Below, one piece after another: positions 26,501 to 37,248 of a DNA stretch of 64,000 nt (position 1 is its first letter; each line of letters starts with the position of its first letter). Position numbers and translations under genes: made by a program. The notes under the pieces were generated by a model. That model searched no databases and was not told the DNA's origin. It was given only the letters and a program-made list of their open reading frames with translations. The stretch is from Planctomycetota bacterium (GTDB lineage: Bacteria; Planctomycetota; MHYJ01; WSZJ01): NCBI GenBank assembly GCA_038060895.1, contig JBBTCT010000001.1, positions 320,001 to 384,000 of the forward strand. The letters run 5' to 3'.

Positions 26501-27701
26501 GGGGAACCTGGACTCGTCGCTCGCGAACGCTTCGCTCGCCCTCGAGACCTTCCGGTCGCTGAAGAATCCGGAAGCCGTTGCCGAGGCCCTTAACGAGCTG
26601 GCGCGGACGCGAATGCTGAGGGGCGAGTGGGCGGGCGCGCGGGAAGCAGCTGAAGAAGCGCTTTCCACGAACCGGGGCATCGCAAGCCGACAGGGGATCG
26701 CAGCAAGCCTTGCCGTGCTCGGCACCGTCGAGCATGCGGCCGGACAGGTGCTGAAAGCAGAAGGGCTCCTCGAGGAATCCGTCGCGCTGGCACGAGCCGT
26801 GGGAGACCGGCACACGCTCGCCACGGCCCAGAAGCGACTCGCGAGTCTGCATGCCACTTCGGGACGGATCCTCGAAGCCGAGTCGCTCCTGGCCGACACG
26901 CTAGAGATCGAACGGTCTCTCGGCGCCCTCCCCGGGATCGCGGGAACGCTCGACGTGCTTGGGCAGGTCCGCGGCGTGCTCGGGAATCTCCACGAGGCCG
27001 ACGCGAGCCTGCGCGAGTCCGCAGAAATCCGCCGGCGGATCGGAGATCGCGCCGGGCTCGCCGCCAGCCTCCAGGCGGAGGGCGGCACCCTCGCCAGGCT
27101 CGGGGAATTCGGAAAGGCCGGCGCGGTCCTGGAAGAAGCGCTGGCGCTCAACCGCGAGTTGCGGAACCCGCGCGGAGAGGGGATTTCCCTCGCCGAACTC
27201 GGGAATCTGCGCCTCGAGGAGAAGCGCGACCGGGAGGCGATCCCGATGCTGAGGGAGTCCCTCGCCCTGGTCCGAATCCACGGCGATGCTTCGATCATCG
27301 CGCACGTCCTGACCAGCCTCTCCTCGGCACTCAAGGCTACGGGCGACGCCGGGGGCGCCGCGAATCTCCTCGCGGAGGCCGTCGAACTCTCCCGGCGTGC
27401 CGGGGACCGGAACGTTCTCGCTCGCACGCTCCTCAACATCGCCATCGGGCTCGGCGAGTCGGGCAGGCATGCGGATGCTCTCGCCCCGGCGCACGAGGCG
27501 CTCGAGCATTTCCGCCAGCTCGGAAACGCTCGCGGTGCCGCCGCCGCGCACCTCCGCATCGGCCGCTTCCAGGCCGCGCTGGGCCGCCACGCCGAAGCCC
27601 GCGCGGCGCTCGAGGAAGCGGCCACGGGCTTCGCCGCTCTCCTTCTCGATCGCGAGGCGGCCGAAGCAAGGCGCGCCATCGAATTGCTTCCGCGCGCTTG
27701 A
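23538..27701 (+). CDS. Class III adenylate/guanylate cyclase - AAA ATPase (STAND-like) - TPR protein
   Basis: LFSDLTGFT, DKFIGDAV, GDPVNVAQRLE, Walker A GEAGTGKS, VEDLHWAD, GGNPY, many TPR repeats. Start ATG 23538 after TATGAT. Confidence 0.92.
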   Translation: MPGTDLRERRTVSVLFSDLTGFTRLSEGLDPEEVSDIVDALFRRFRTVIEREGGTVDKFIGDAVMAVFGAPAAHEDDAARAVRAGLAMQKDLLAFNGERGLSLAMRVGVNTGEVLWGTVGGGAPTAMGDPVNVAQRLESAALPGTVLIGTETESAVRRRFRCTARDPVTVKGREAKVAAFEVEEELASMTEVRPAREAPMVGRSEELAALVALLESGGPGFVVIEGEAGTGKSRLLAEFRRSARDRRFRVEFGRSPDGARMPLAPFADMLRATAGSTDATAVVAATQEALASLPPVDAENTAHLLALSAGWTIPGARVLQLDPERRAAETAAAWARWIRARSPVLVCVEDLHWADDATRALLTALPSLLAGARVVVATSTRPGSPPIAGFGSIRLLALSSDDVRAIAQDVLGVPPDDGLARFITDYAGGNPYCGAEVARHLLDSRLIEGSPAHLHGSVAGLPATLHGILTARLDALPAPSKEALKAASVLGRTFWRGLLGEILGASANEALEEPKRRGLVFARAGALLPGDDAMMFQHALLRDAAYALLPRKERQRLHARAADQLEKRAGHADRRLRALAAEHRKDAGESDAAGKLWLGAAREAMDNAVEEALAWALESRRAKPGADAALLAATAAFRLARYTEADAYAKEALSDPGASPDARQRAHVRLAETNATTGKQVEALANLDALAGLEATPGIELAAESVRVLALASLGRAQEALSTLERLETRHPATAPLLRTRSSLLRRLGRLVDSERAAEQAILLSEKTGDRNSEALSLTELAGALAARGLQEQSVALNRRAQELWREIGNRRGHIISLHNIGTALRHLGKYEQAASQLAEALELARESGDSHAIATVLGSASMVASAQGLFPGALAFAREAVAIRRTSGEKSALAIALNNLAVAHDWLGEWDKAEAAYRESLALRRETGSRNGEARCLNNIGLIEICMGRFAEAGTNLSEALSIAQETSDLDTEACVRVNDAKLQRSLGNLDSSLANASLALETFRSLKNPEAVAEALNELARTRMLRGEWAGAREAAEEALSTNRGIASRQGIAASLAVLGTVEHAAGQVLKAEGLLEESVALARAVGDRHTLATAQKRLASLHATSGRILEAESLLADTLEIERSLGALPGIAGTLDVLGQVRGVLGNLHEADASLRESAEIRRRIGDRAGLAASLQAEGGTLARLGEFGKAGAVLEEALALNRELRNPRGEGISLAELGNLRLEEKRDREAIPMLRESLALVRIHGDASIIAHVLTSLSSALKATGDAGGAANLLAEAVELSRRAGDRNVLARTLLNIAIGLGESGRHADALAPAHEALEHFRQLGNARGAAAAHLRIGRFQAALGRHAEARAALEEAATGFAALLLDREAAEARRAIELLPRA

Positions 27702-27705
27702 TCGC

Positions 27706-28293
27706 ATGAAGCTGACACCAGAGCTCGTGCTTCACGCTTATCGCCAGGGGATCTTCCCAATGGCGAAGTCGCGAGAAGGCCCGCTGGTCTGGCTTTCACC
27801 GGACCCGCGCGCGGTCATCCCGCTGGATCGCTTCCATTGTCCCCGTCGCCTCGCCCAGACGGTGAAATCGGGCCGGTTTCGTGTCACGACGGACCTCGCG
27901 TTCGAGAAGGTCATCGACGGTTGTGCGCGGCCGGACACCTGGATCAGCGCGGAAGTGCGGGAGGCCTATATCGGGCTTTACCGGCAGGGCCATGCGCATT
28001 CGATCGAGTGCTGGAAAGGCGACCGGCTCGCCGGCGGGCTCTACGGGGTCCACATCGGCGGGGCGTTCATGGCGGAGTCGAAGTTTCACCGGGACCGCGA
28101 CGCGAGCAAGGTCGCGCTCGTCGCGATGGTCGCCCGCCTGAAGAAAATCGGCGTGACGCTGTGCGACGTTCAGTTCCTGACCCCGCACCTCGAGCAGTTC
28201 GGGACGGTTGAAATCCCCCGCCAGGAATACCTCCTGCTCCTGTCGGCTGCGGTCCGGCGGCCAATTCCGTGGGGGTCTCCCGGACCGGCGTAG
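27706..28293 (+). CDS. aat: Leucyl/phenylalanyl-tRNA--protein transferase
   Basis: AYRQGIFPM, WLSPDPR, TWI, HSIECW, LAGGLYGV, AESKF..DASKVA, DVQF.TPHL. Confidence 0.93.
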   Translation: MKLTPELVLHAYRQGIFPMAKSREGPLVWLSPDPRAVIPLDRFHCPRRLAQTVKSGRFRVTTDLAFEKVIDGCARPDTWISAEVREAYIGLYRQGHAHSIECWKGDRLAGGLYGVHIGGAFMAESKFHRDRDASKVALVAMVARLKKIGVTLCDVQFLTPHLEQFGTVEIPRQEYLLLLSAAVRRPIPWGSPGPA

Positions 28294-28300
28294 CCTTCAC

Positions 28301-28335
28301 TTTTCGTTTTTTGTTCTTAGTTTTTCGTTTTTCGT
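28301..28335. repeat. Heptamer tandem repeat (TTTTCGT-like x5)
   Basis: TTTTCGT TTTTTGT TCTTAGT TTTTCGT TTTTCGT. Confidence 0.75.
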
Positions 28336-28353
28336 TTCTTCTGTGTCCTTCCC

Positions 28354-28800
28354 ATGCCTGATCCCTACCATTTCTCCACCGATATCCGCGTCCGCCTCCC
28401 GGAAACCGACGCCATGGGGATCGTCTTCCACGGCGCCTTTTTCACTTACCTCGAAGTCGGCCGGACGGACTACCTGCGCAACCTCGGCCTGGCCGGTTCG
28501 CACGTGCAGCCGATCAAGGACTTCGCCAACCTGGTCGCGCGGGCCTGCTGCGACTTCCGCTCCTCGGCGCGCTTTGACGACCCGCTGGTCATTCACGTCC
28601 GCATCGCCGAAATCCGGCGGACGAGCTTCAGGTTTGAATTCCGGATCGTGCACAAGCAGGAAGCGCGGCTCGTTGCCGAGGGGCACACGGTGCACGTCGC
28701 GATCGACCCGGCGTCCTCGAAGGCGATCCCCGTGCCCGAGGCCTTCCGCGCACAGGTGCGGAAATTCGAGGGCACCGCCCTCTCGGAGCCAAAATCGTGA
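28354..28800 (+). CDS. Acyl-CoA thioesterase (YbgC/FadM hotdog family)
   Basis: VRLPETDAMGIVFHGAFFTYLEVGR motif. Confidence 0.9.
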   Translation: MPDPYHFSTDIRVRLPETDAMGIVFHGAFFTYLEVGRTDYLRNLGLAGSHVQPIKDFANLVARACCDFRSSARFDDPLVIHVRIAEIRRTSFRFEFRIVHKQEARLVAEGHTVHVAIDPASSKAIPVPEAFRAQVRKFEGTALSEPKS

Positions 28801-29669
28801 ACGAACTCTTCCAGGACATCGTTGTCCCCTATGACGGATCCGAGCTCTCCGAGTCGGCCGCGCCGTTTGCTGCAGAAGTGGCGCGCCGCTCGAGCGGCCG
28901 GATCACGCTGGTCAGGGCTCTTCCCGAGCCCGCAATGGTCACGGACATCCCGCGCTCGGTGCTGGGCCAGGTGACGGCGGCCGCGCGGAAAGAACTGGCC
29001 GCCGCGGCGGCGCGCGTGACGGACGTGCCGGTGAAGACCCTGCTGAAGGAAGGGCTGCCCGCGGATGTCATCCTGCGCGAGGCGCGGAGCCGGGACCTGA
29101 TCGTGATGACGACGCACGGCCGGAGCGGACTGAGCCGGCTCGTTCTCGGCAGCGTGACCGAGAAGGTGATCCGACTGTCCCCGGTCCCTGTTCTCGTCGT
29201 GCGGCCGCGGCGCGGGACGCTCAAAGCCTCGACGGCTGCGGCGGGACGGATGTTCCACGACATCGTCGTGCCCCTCGACGGCTCGGATCTCGCCCGGGAA
29301 GCAGTCGCGCCGCTCGCGACAGGACTTGCCCACGACACGCGCCTGCACCTCCTCACCGTCATCCGCACGGGAGCCACGGAGGACCAGGCGAACGCCGCCG
29401 CCGACTGGCTCGCCGCCCGCGCCGCCGCCCTCGAGGCCCGCGGCCTGGTCGCCGTCACCCGGCTGGTCAACAACGACTCCCCCGCCGAGGGGATCGCCGC
29501 GTACGCCGAGCACAACGACTGCGGCCTCATCGTCATGAGCACCCACGGGGCCGGCGGATTGCGGGAGTGGATGCTGGGAAGCGTTACGGACCAGATGATC
29601 CGCCGGGGGCCGGTGCCGGTGCTGGTCGTGCCGTCGCCGGGTAGGGCGAAGAAAATCTCGAAGAAGTGA
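28797..29669 (+). CDS. Universal stress protein (tandem USP domains)
   Basis: Two IVVPxDGS and LIVMxTHG..LGSVT motifs. Confidence 0.92.
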   Translation: MNELFQDIVVPYDGSELSESAAPFAAEVARRSSGRITLVRALPEPAMVTDIPRSVLGQVTAAARKELAAAAARVTDVPVKTLLKEGLPADVILREARSRDLIVMTTHGRSGLSRLVLGSVTEKVIRLSPVPVLVVRPRRGTLKASTAAAGRMFHDIVVPLDGSDLAREAVAPLATGLAHDTRLHLLTVIRTGATEDQANAAADWLAARAAALEARGLVAVTRLVNNDSPAEGIAAYAEHNDCGLIVMSTHGAGGLREWMLGSVTDQMIRRGPVPVLVVPSPGRAKKISKK

Positions 29670-29702
29670 AAACGGCGACTTCGTTTCGTTGTTGCCGCTT
29701 TC
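29668..29702. terminator. Possible bidirectional terminator between convergent genes
   Basis: aaaacGGCGAC..GTTGCCgcttt imperfect hairpin flanked by A and T runs. Confidence 0.4.
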
Positions 29703-29704
29703 GC

Positions 29705-30631
29705 CTACTTCTCCCCGCCCGGTGTGATCACCTCCATTTCGTCCGGCTCTTCATCGACTTTCCACTGGCCGCCTTCCCGGATGAGCCACAGGCTCCATGT
29801 GAACTTGCCATCCGGGGTGGCCGCCATCACGCGAAGCCGGTCGCCCGGGGCGCCTGCCTTCGCCGGCCCGAGCGACTTGAAGCGCGCCACCGTTTCCGGA
29901 TCCTTCATCCGCGACTTCAGGACCAGCGTCGTCAGTTCTTCAGGGCCCGCGGCCCGGATCTCTGCAGGCGTCGTTCCCAGCTGCCTCGAAAGATCGTCGA
30001 GCTGCGCGTCAGAATTCCGCTTCATCTCCCCCAGCGCTGCTTCAGAGAGCTTTCGCTGCCTTTCCGACAGAAGTGCCCACTGCGTTTTCCCGTCGGCCGC
30101 CAGGTAGGCCGCGACGAATCTCCGGTAGACCTCGGCAGGAGATTCTTCCCCGTGCTCCTCGTCAACCCTCCAGCGCCCCGCCTCTTCGACCAGCCACAGC
30201 GTCCAGGTAAATGCGTCGTCGGGAGTCGACGCCATCACGCGCACGCGCTTGTCCTGGATGAATACCCGCGGCGGCCCCAGCGATCTGTAGCGCGCGAGGG
30301 CGGCCAGGTCCTTCATTCGCGACTTCAGGACAATGGTGGTGTACTGCGCCAGGCCCGCGGCGCGGATTGCCGCCGTGGACGAGTCGAGCTTCTTCGCGAG
30401 CCCGCTGATGCCTGAATCGGGTTGGCGCTTGATTTCCGCGAGCGCCGATTCCCACTCATTGCGCAGCCGCTCCGACAGGAGCGCGCACTGGGCCTCGCCG
30501 TCCGTCGCCAGGCAGGCCGTGACGTACTTGCGGTAGATCTCTTCCGGCGGATCCGCACCCGGTCGTGACGGCGCCTTCCCGCACCCCGCGCACAGGAGGG
30601 CCATGACCGCCAACCGTCCAAGCTTCCCCAC
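29705..30631 (-). CDS. Lipoprotein with two tandem NTF2-like repeats
   Basis: GGAGGAG SD before GTG 30631. Lipobox LCAGC. Two ~130-aa repeats each ending FTWxLWLxxExGxWxVDEE. Confidence 0.78.
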   Translation of the reverse strand: MGKLGRLAVMALLCAGCGKAPSRPGADPPEEIYRKYVTACLATDGEAQCALLSERLRNEWESALAEIKRQPDSGISGLAKKLDSSTAAIRAAGLAQYTTIVLKSRMKDLAALARYRSLGPPRVFIQDKRVRVMASTPDDAFTWTLWLVEEAGRWRVDEEHGEESPAEVYRRFVAAYLAADGKTQWALLSERQRKLSEAALGEMKRNSDAQLDDLSRQLGTTPAEIRAAGPEELTTLVLKSRMKDPETVARFKSLGPAKAGAPGDRLRVMAATPDGKFTWSLWLIREGGQWKVDEEPDEMEVITPGGEK

Positions 30632-30658
30632 GATCGGCTCCTCCCCCGGGAAACAGAA

Positions 30659-30691
30659 CGGGACGGGCACCCGCCAACGGTGTCCGTCCCG
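30659..30691 (-). terminator. Intrinsic terminator downstream of clpC
   Basis: CGGGACGGGCACC-cgccaac-GGTGTCCGTCCCG, followed on the minus strand by TTCTGTTT. Confidence 0.7.
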
Positions 30692-30741
30692 AATTCTATG
30701 ACGTTTCGTCCTACCCCCCTACTTCCTACCCACTGTCCTTC

Positions 30742-33255
<2,514 letters not shown>

Positions 33256-33318
33256 GGCTTGCTCCTGATCGGGCTGGGGCCGGATGTTTGGCGGGTGTTC
33301 GCCTTCTTTTCAACGCCC

Positions 33319-33384
33319 GGGACGGCGGGGAAATTCCGTCGTCCCAAGGGGTTGAGTCTATTTCTCTGGTATGTGTGGAGACAA
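33319..33384 (-). promoter_or_regulatory. Putative clpC sigma-70 promoter and 5' leader hairpin
   Basis: TTGTCT (33384-33379), 18 nt, TAGACT (33360-33355). Hairpin GGGACGACGGAA/CCCCGCCGTCCC at 33319-33345. Confidence 0.5.
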
Positions 33385-33600
33385 GCAAATAGGGAGCCGG
33401 GCCGGCCCCGGGGTGGGGGCGGGCCGGTGTGCCAATACGGCGGGGACGAGGAACGAAGCGACAGGCAGCCTGGGGCTGACGAGGTGGACACGCCGCGCCG
33501 ACGGCGACCGTGCCCGGCGCCCAGTCTTGCAGTTTGAAGTTGTCGTTTGCTTGAGAGTTCGCGGTCTTGTAGTTGCTCTTTCCGCCGCCGCACTCGGCGG

Positions 33601-34287
33601 TCAACTCCCGCTGTTCTTCCCCGGGATGAACGGCTGGAGCCACTGCCCGAAAGCCGCGGCCTGCCGCGTCTGGAGCAGGAGCTCGCCTGGTCCGACGTAC
33701 TCCGCGACAAGCCACTCCCCTGAAGCGGCGGTGTTGAACACCCCTCCGGCGGCCTTTCGAATCGAGTACTGGATCGTGTCGCTGAAGGCGACGATGTGTC
33801 CCGTATCGACGATGTAATTCTCGCCGGCTGCGAGAGTCTTGCGGTGGATCGTGCCGAACGAGGCCACCATCGCAATCCCCTGCCCGCTCATGTGGAGCCA
33901 GAAAAGTCCGCCTGAGCTGAACGCGGCCTTGAACCCGCCCCACTTGGTATCGACCTCGATCCCCGTCGAGTTGCCGAGGTAGCAGCCGCGCTGGACAATG
34001 AGTCCGGCGCCCTGGACCGGCACGACCGCTATATCGCCGGGCATTGAAGGGGCCATCAGGATTTCGCCGGGGCCGCGGGTCGCGGTGGCGCGTGTGATGA
34101 AGAACGACTCGCCGCCGAGCATCTTGCGTCCCAGGGCTTTCAGGAACCCGCCCTCCATCTTGGCCTCGATGTCGATCGTCGGCGAGTGCCCGACCATCGC
34201 GCCGGACTCCATGCGGACCTGTTCGTTGGCGTCGAGCTGGACCTGGGCGAGGGCGTAGGCGCCCTGGTAGAGGACTGAAGCGCGCAT
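33601..34287 (-). CDS. AIM24 family protein (TIGR00266-like)
   Basis: ESGAMV, GGESFF, APSMPGDI, GGLF, IVDTGHIVAF, SGEWLV...GPG.LLLQTR. GGAG SD before ATG 34287. Confidence 0.9.
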   Translation of the reverse strand: MRASVLYQGAYALAQVQLDANEQVRMESGAMVGHSPTIDIEAKMEGGFLKALGRKMLGGESFFITRATATRGPGEILMAPSMPGDIAVVPVQGAGLIVQRGCYLGNSTGIEVDTKWGGFKAAFSSGGLFWLHMSGQGIAMVASFGTIHRKTLAAGENYIVDTGHIVAFSDTIQYSIRKAAGGVFNTAASGEWLVAEYVGPGELLLQTRQAAAFGQWLQPFIPGKNSGS

Positions 34288-34303
34288 CGTGGGGTCTCCC
34301 GGA

Positions 34304-34338
34304 ATGCAGTGTTGAGTGATGAGTACTGAGTGATGGGT
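34304..34338. repeat. Heptamer tandem repeat (NNTGAGT-like x5)
   Basis: ATGCAGT GTTGAGT GATGAGT ACTGAGT GATGGGT. Confidence 0.65.
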
Positions 34339-34475
34339 AGTTTGCTGTGTGGAAGAGGCAGGAGGCAGGAAAAACGACTCTTCAGGCCTGAACCTTGCCG
34401 GGAGTATGGTAAGGATCGCGTATCGCATTTAGAGCCTGGGTCGCCGCCTGTCCTGAAAACGCGGAGAAATTAGCT

Positions 34476-34979
34476 ATGGATTCCAGGACGCGTTGGTGGC
34501 TCGGGTTTGTTTTCCTCGCTTGCGCGGCCGAAGTCCTGGCGGACGATTGTCCGAACTGTCGCGACTCCCTGTGCGCCGAGCACGAGGCGGAGCACGCGGT
34601 CTGGGACGCGGACTTCGAGTTTTTCAAACAGGTGGCGCGGCTGCTCGGCGACTCCGGCGTCCTGGAGGCCTCCCGCGGCGTCGTCGATCTCCTGAAATCC
34701 ACTTCTTTTGACCTGCTCGAAGTCGCAGCGAACAACTGCAGCGGGATTCGGACTCACGAAGTCGCCACCGCCGTGCTCGAGGCGTATGGACGCGCCCGCG
34801 GTCTGGATCCCAAGGCCGGGAAAGTCTCGGTCGTGCTGCTCCAGGACTGGAACGCGATCACGAAATCGGACATCCGCGCTCCAAAGGGCGCCAACAAGGA
34901 AGACTTCGACCGTTTCATGGCGGCCTGCAGGGCCTGGCTCAAGGAGCACCCGGGCGATCCGGAGGGCTGGCTCAAGTAG
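34476..34979 (+). CDS. Secreted hypothetical protein with CxxC-x3-CxxH cluster
   Basis: Signal peptide, CPNCRDSLCAEH, GGAG SD. Confidence 0.65.
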   Translation: MDSRTRWWLGFVFLACAAEVLADDCPNCRDSLCAEHEAEHAVWDADFEFFKQVARLLGDSGVLEASRGVVDLLKSTSFDLLEVAANNCSGIRTHEVATAVLEAYGRARGLDPKAGKVSVVLLQDWNAITKSDIRAPKGANKEDFDRFMAACRAWLKEHPGDPEGWLK

Positions 34980-35037
34980 CGCCCCGCGCCTGTCTTTCTC
35001 CTTGCGCCGCGGAACCCCGGGGAATAGGTTCGCCGTG

Positions 35038-35463
35038 ATGAAGCAGGTGTCGCGCACGATCGCGTTCGATTCCCACGCGCCCTTCGAGTTCGTCGACATC
35101 ACCTCCCGCGTCCGTGACGAAGTCCGCGGCGCGGGCGTGAAGACGGGGACCGTCACCATCGTTTCACGGCACACAACGGGCGGCATTGCGATCAACGAGC
35201 GCGACCCGGAGCTCCAGGCGGACATGGTCGACTGGATGAAGAAACTGTTCCCGCCGCGCGCCGGCTATCGGCATGACATCGAACCGATCGACGACCGCCT
35301 CAACGCGCACGCGCACCTCGCCTCGCTCACCCTGCGCACTTCCGAGACGCTCCTCGTCAAGGACGGCGACCTCGACCTGGGCCCGTGGCAGGCCGTCTTC
35401 TTCGTCGAATGCGATGGCTCCCGCACCCGCGAAGTCGCGCTTCTGGTCCAGGGGACCGAATGA
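35038..35463 (+). CDS. yjbQ: YjbQ/UPF0047 family protein (secondary thiamine-phosphate synthase)
   Basis: DIT, HTTGGIAINE, YRHD, NAHAHL, LGPWQAVFFVECDG.R.R. Confidence 0.9.
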   Translation: MKQVSRTIAFDSHAPFEFVDITSRVRDEVRGAGVKTGTVTIVSRHTTGGIAINERDPELQADMVDWMKKLFPPRAGYRHDIEPIDDRLNAHAHLASLTLRTSETLLVKDGDLDLGPWQAVFFVECDGSRTREVALLVQGTE

Positions 35464-36746
35464 CCGCCGAAGCGGCGTGGTTCGCGGAAGGCTCGCTCGA
35501 CCTCGCGCGCTACGTCCTCGCCACGAACGTCTTCGAGACCGACCGCGAACCGCGGGAGGCCGCGGCTCACCTGGCTCAGGAACAGTCCACGGCCCAATGG
35601 AAGCGGCCCGGCGTCGACGAAGATTTCCGGCCGCGGCACGGGGCGAAGGTCGTGTCGGTGACCGTTCTTGGAGATCTCAACGGACCGTCGACGCCCACGC
35701 CCTTTGACGGCGCGGGTCCATGGAAGCGATGCGTGGCGGTCATCGCTCATCCCGTCGAGAATTTCGGCGCGAAGCTCCCGAATCTCCTCACGGTGCTGCT
35801 CGGCGAAGGCACCTTCTACTCGCCCGGAATCTCCGCGATCCGGCTCACCGACATCGCCCTCCCCGACACGTTCGCAAACCTGTTTCCCGGACCGCAATTC
35901 GGAGTCAAGGGTCTGCGGGACCTCCTCGGAGTCGAGGAGCGCCCCTTCTTCATCGGTGTCGTCAAGCCAAACGTCGGCCTTCCGCCGGCGGAGTTCGCGG
36001 CGCTCGCGGAAGAAGCCTGGAAGGGCGGGCTGGACGCGGCGAAAGACGATGAGATGCTCGCGGACGTCCCGTGGTCCCCGCTTGCGGAACGAGCGAAGCT
36101 TTGCGGCGACGCGCGGAGGCTTGCGGAAGCGGAAAGCGGCGAGAAAAAGATGTACGTCGCCAACATCACGGACGAGATCTCGAGGCTGAAGACGCTTCAT
36201 CACGACGCCGTCGCCGGGGGCGCGAACGCCGTGATGCTCAACGCGCTTCCGCTCGGCCTGCCGGCATGCCGTTTCGTGCGGGAATTCGCAACCGTCCCGC
36301 TGCTGGCTCATTTCGACATGGTGGCCGCGATGAGCCGAGCCCCGGCCGTCGGTGTCGATTCGCACGTCATGACGCTTCTCCAGCGCCTCGCAGGATTCGA
36401 CGTCATCCTCTTCCCCGGCACGGGCGCGCGGATGCGCACCACGGACGAGGAGGTGAAAGCGAACATCGAGTCCTGCCGGCGCCCGCTCGGAACGATTGCG
36501 CCGGCTCTCCCCGTGCCCGGCGGATCGAGCCGCCCCGCCGACCTGCCGGCCGCCCTGCGCCTCTGCGGCGGCACCGACTTCGGCATGGTCCCGGGCCGTG
36601 CCGTTTTCAATCACCCCGACGGGCCGCGGGCGGGGGCGAAGAGTTTCCGGCAGGCCTGGGAGGCGGTGTGCCGGGGTCGCTCGCTGGCCGAGCACGCGAT
36701 CTCGGCCGCGGAACTGGCAAAATCCCTCACGGAATTCGGGAGCTGA
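35460..36746 (+). CDS. RuBisCO-like protein (form IV, Chlorobium/IV-Photo-like)
   Basis: EQSTAQWKR, GVVKPNVGL, GGLDAAKDDEML, ANITDE, LPVPGGS, VPGRAVFNHPDGP. ATGA overlap with yjbQ. Confidence 0.92.
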   Translation: MTAEAAWFAEGSLDLARYVLATNVFETDREPREAAAHLAQEQSTAQWKRPGVDEDFRPRHGAKVVSVTVLGDLNGPSTPTPFDGAGPWKRCVAVIAHPVENFGAKLPNLLTVLLGEGTFYSPGISAIRLTDIALPDTFANLFPGPQFGVKGLRDLLGVEERPFFIGVVKPNVGLPPAEFAALAEEAWKGGLDAAKDDEMLADVPWSPLAERAKLCGDARRLAEAESGEKKMYVANITDEISRLKTLHHDAVAGGANAVMLNALPLGLPACRFVREFATVPLLAHFDMVAAMSRAPAVGVDSHVMTLLQRLAGFDVILFPGTGARMRTTDEEVKANIESCRRPLGTIAPALPVPGGSSRPADLPAALRLCGGTDFGMVPGRAVFNHPDGPRAGAKSFRQAWEAVCRGRSLAEHAISAAELAKSLTEFGS

Positions 36747-36749
36747 CGG

Positions 36750-37163
36750 ATGCCGATCAGCCACCATGTCGACCACGAACGCCGACTGGTCACCGCGACG
36801 GCGACAGGGGACGTCACTGAATCTGACATCTTCGGTTACCAGAAGAACGCCTGGTCGGACCCGAAGGTCGCCGGATACGACGAGATCGTCGACATGACCG
36901 GCGCAGCGCGCATCGTCGAGCCAAAGGCCGCCCGGATGCGCGAACTCGCCGCTCTCTCCGCCTCCATGGACCCGCCGGCAACGTCGGCCCGCTTCGGCAT
37001 CGTCGCCCCCGAGGAACTCGCCTTTCAGCTGGGCCGCATCTACGAGGCCATGCGCTGTGAGGCCGCGGGCGGCTCCGGCGGCAAGAAGGTCATGACGTTC
37101 CGGACGCTGGAGGAGGCGGAAAACTGGCTGGGCTGGGAGGGTCGTAAGCGCCGGCGACCCTGA
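36750..37163 (+). CDS. STAS/SEC14 (SpoIIAA)-like small protein
   Basis: ATGDVT, EIVDMT, FGIVAP, FRTLEEAENWL pattern. Confidence 0.7.
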   Translation: MPISHHVDHERRLVTATATGDVTESDIFGYQKNAWSDPKVAGYDEIVDMTGAARIVEPKAARMRELAALSASMDPPATSARFGIVAPEELAFQLGRIYEAMRCEAAGGSGGKKVMTFRTLEEAENWLGWEGRKRRRP

Positions 37164-37206
37164 CACTTCACGCTGCTCTACCTTCCGCATATCCTCCGCC
37201 CGAACA

Positions 37207-37231
37207 GATCCATACCTCCGCCAGCCGCGTA
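37207..37231 (+). promoter_or_regulatory. Putative ECF autoregulatory promoter GATCC-N16-CGTA
   Basis: GATCC (37207-37211), 16 nt, CGTA (37228-37231), directly upstream of the ECF gene. Confidence 0.55.
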
Positions 37232-37248
37232 TCTCCGGGACCACGGTC

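Noticed and set aside
35460-36746. CO2-fixing RuBisCO
   Set aside because: Lacks the HRA, SGG and GGG substrate-binding motifs (has HFD, PGGS, PGR). No small subunit or phosphoribulokinase nearby.
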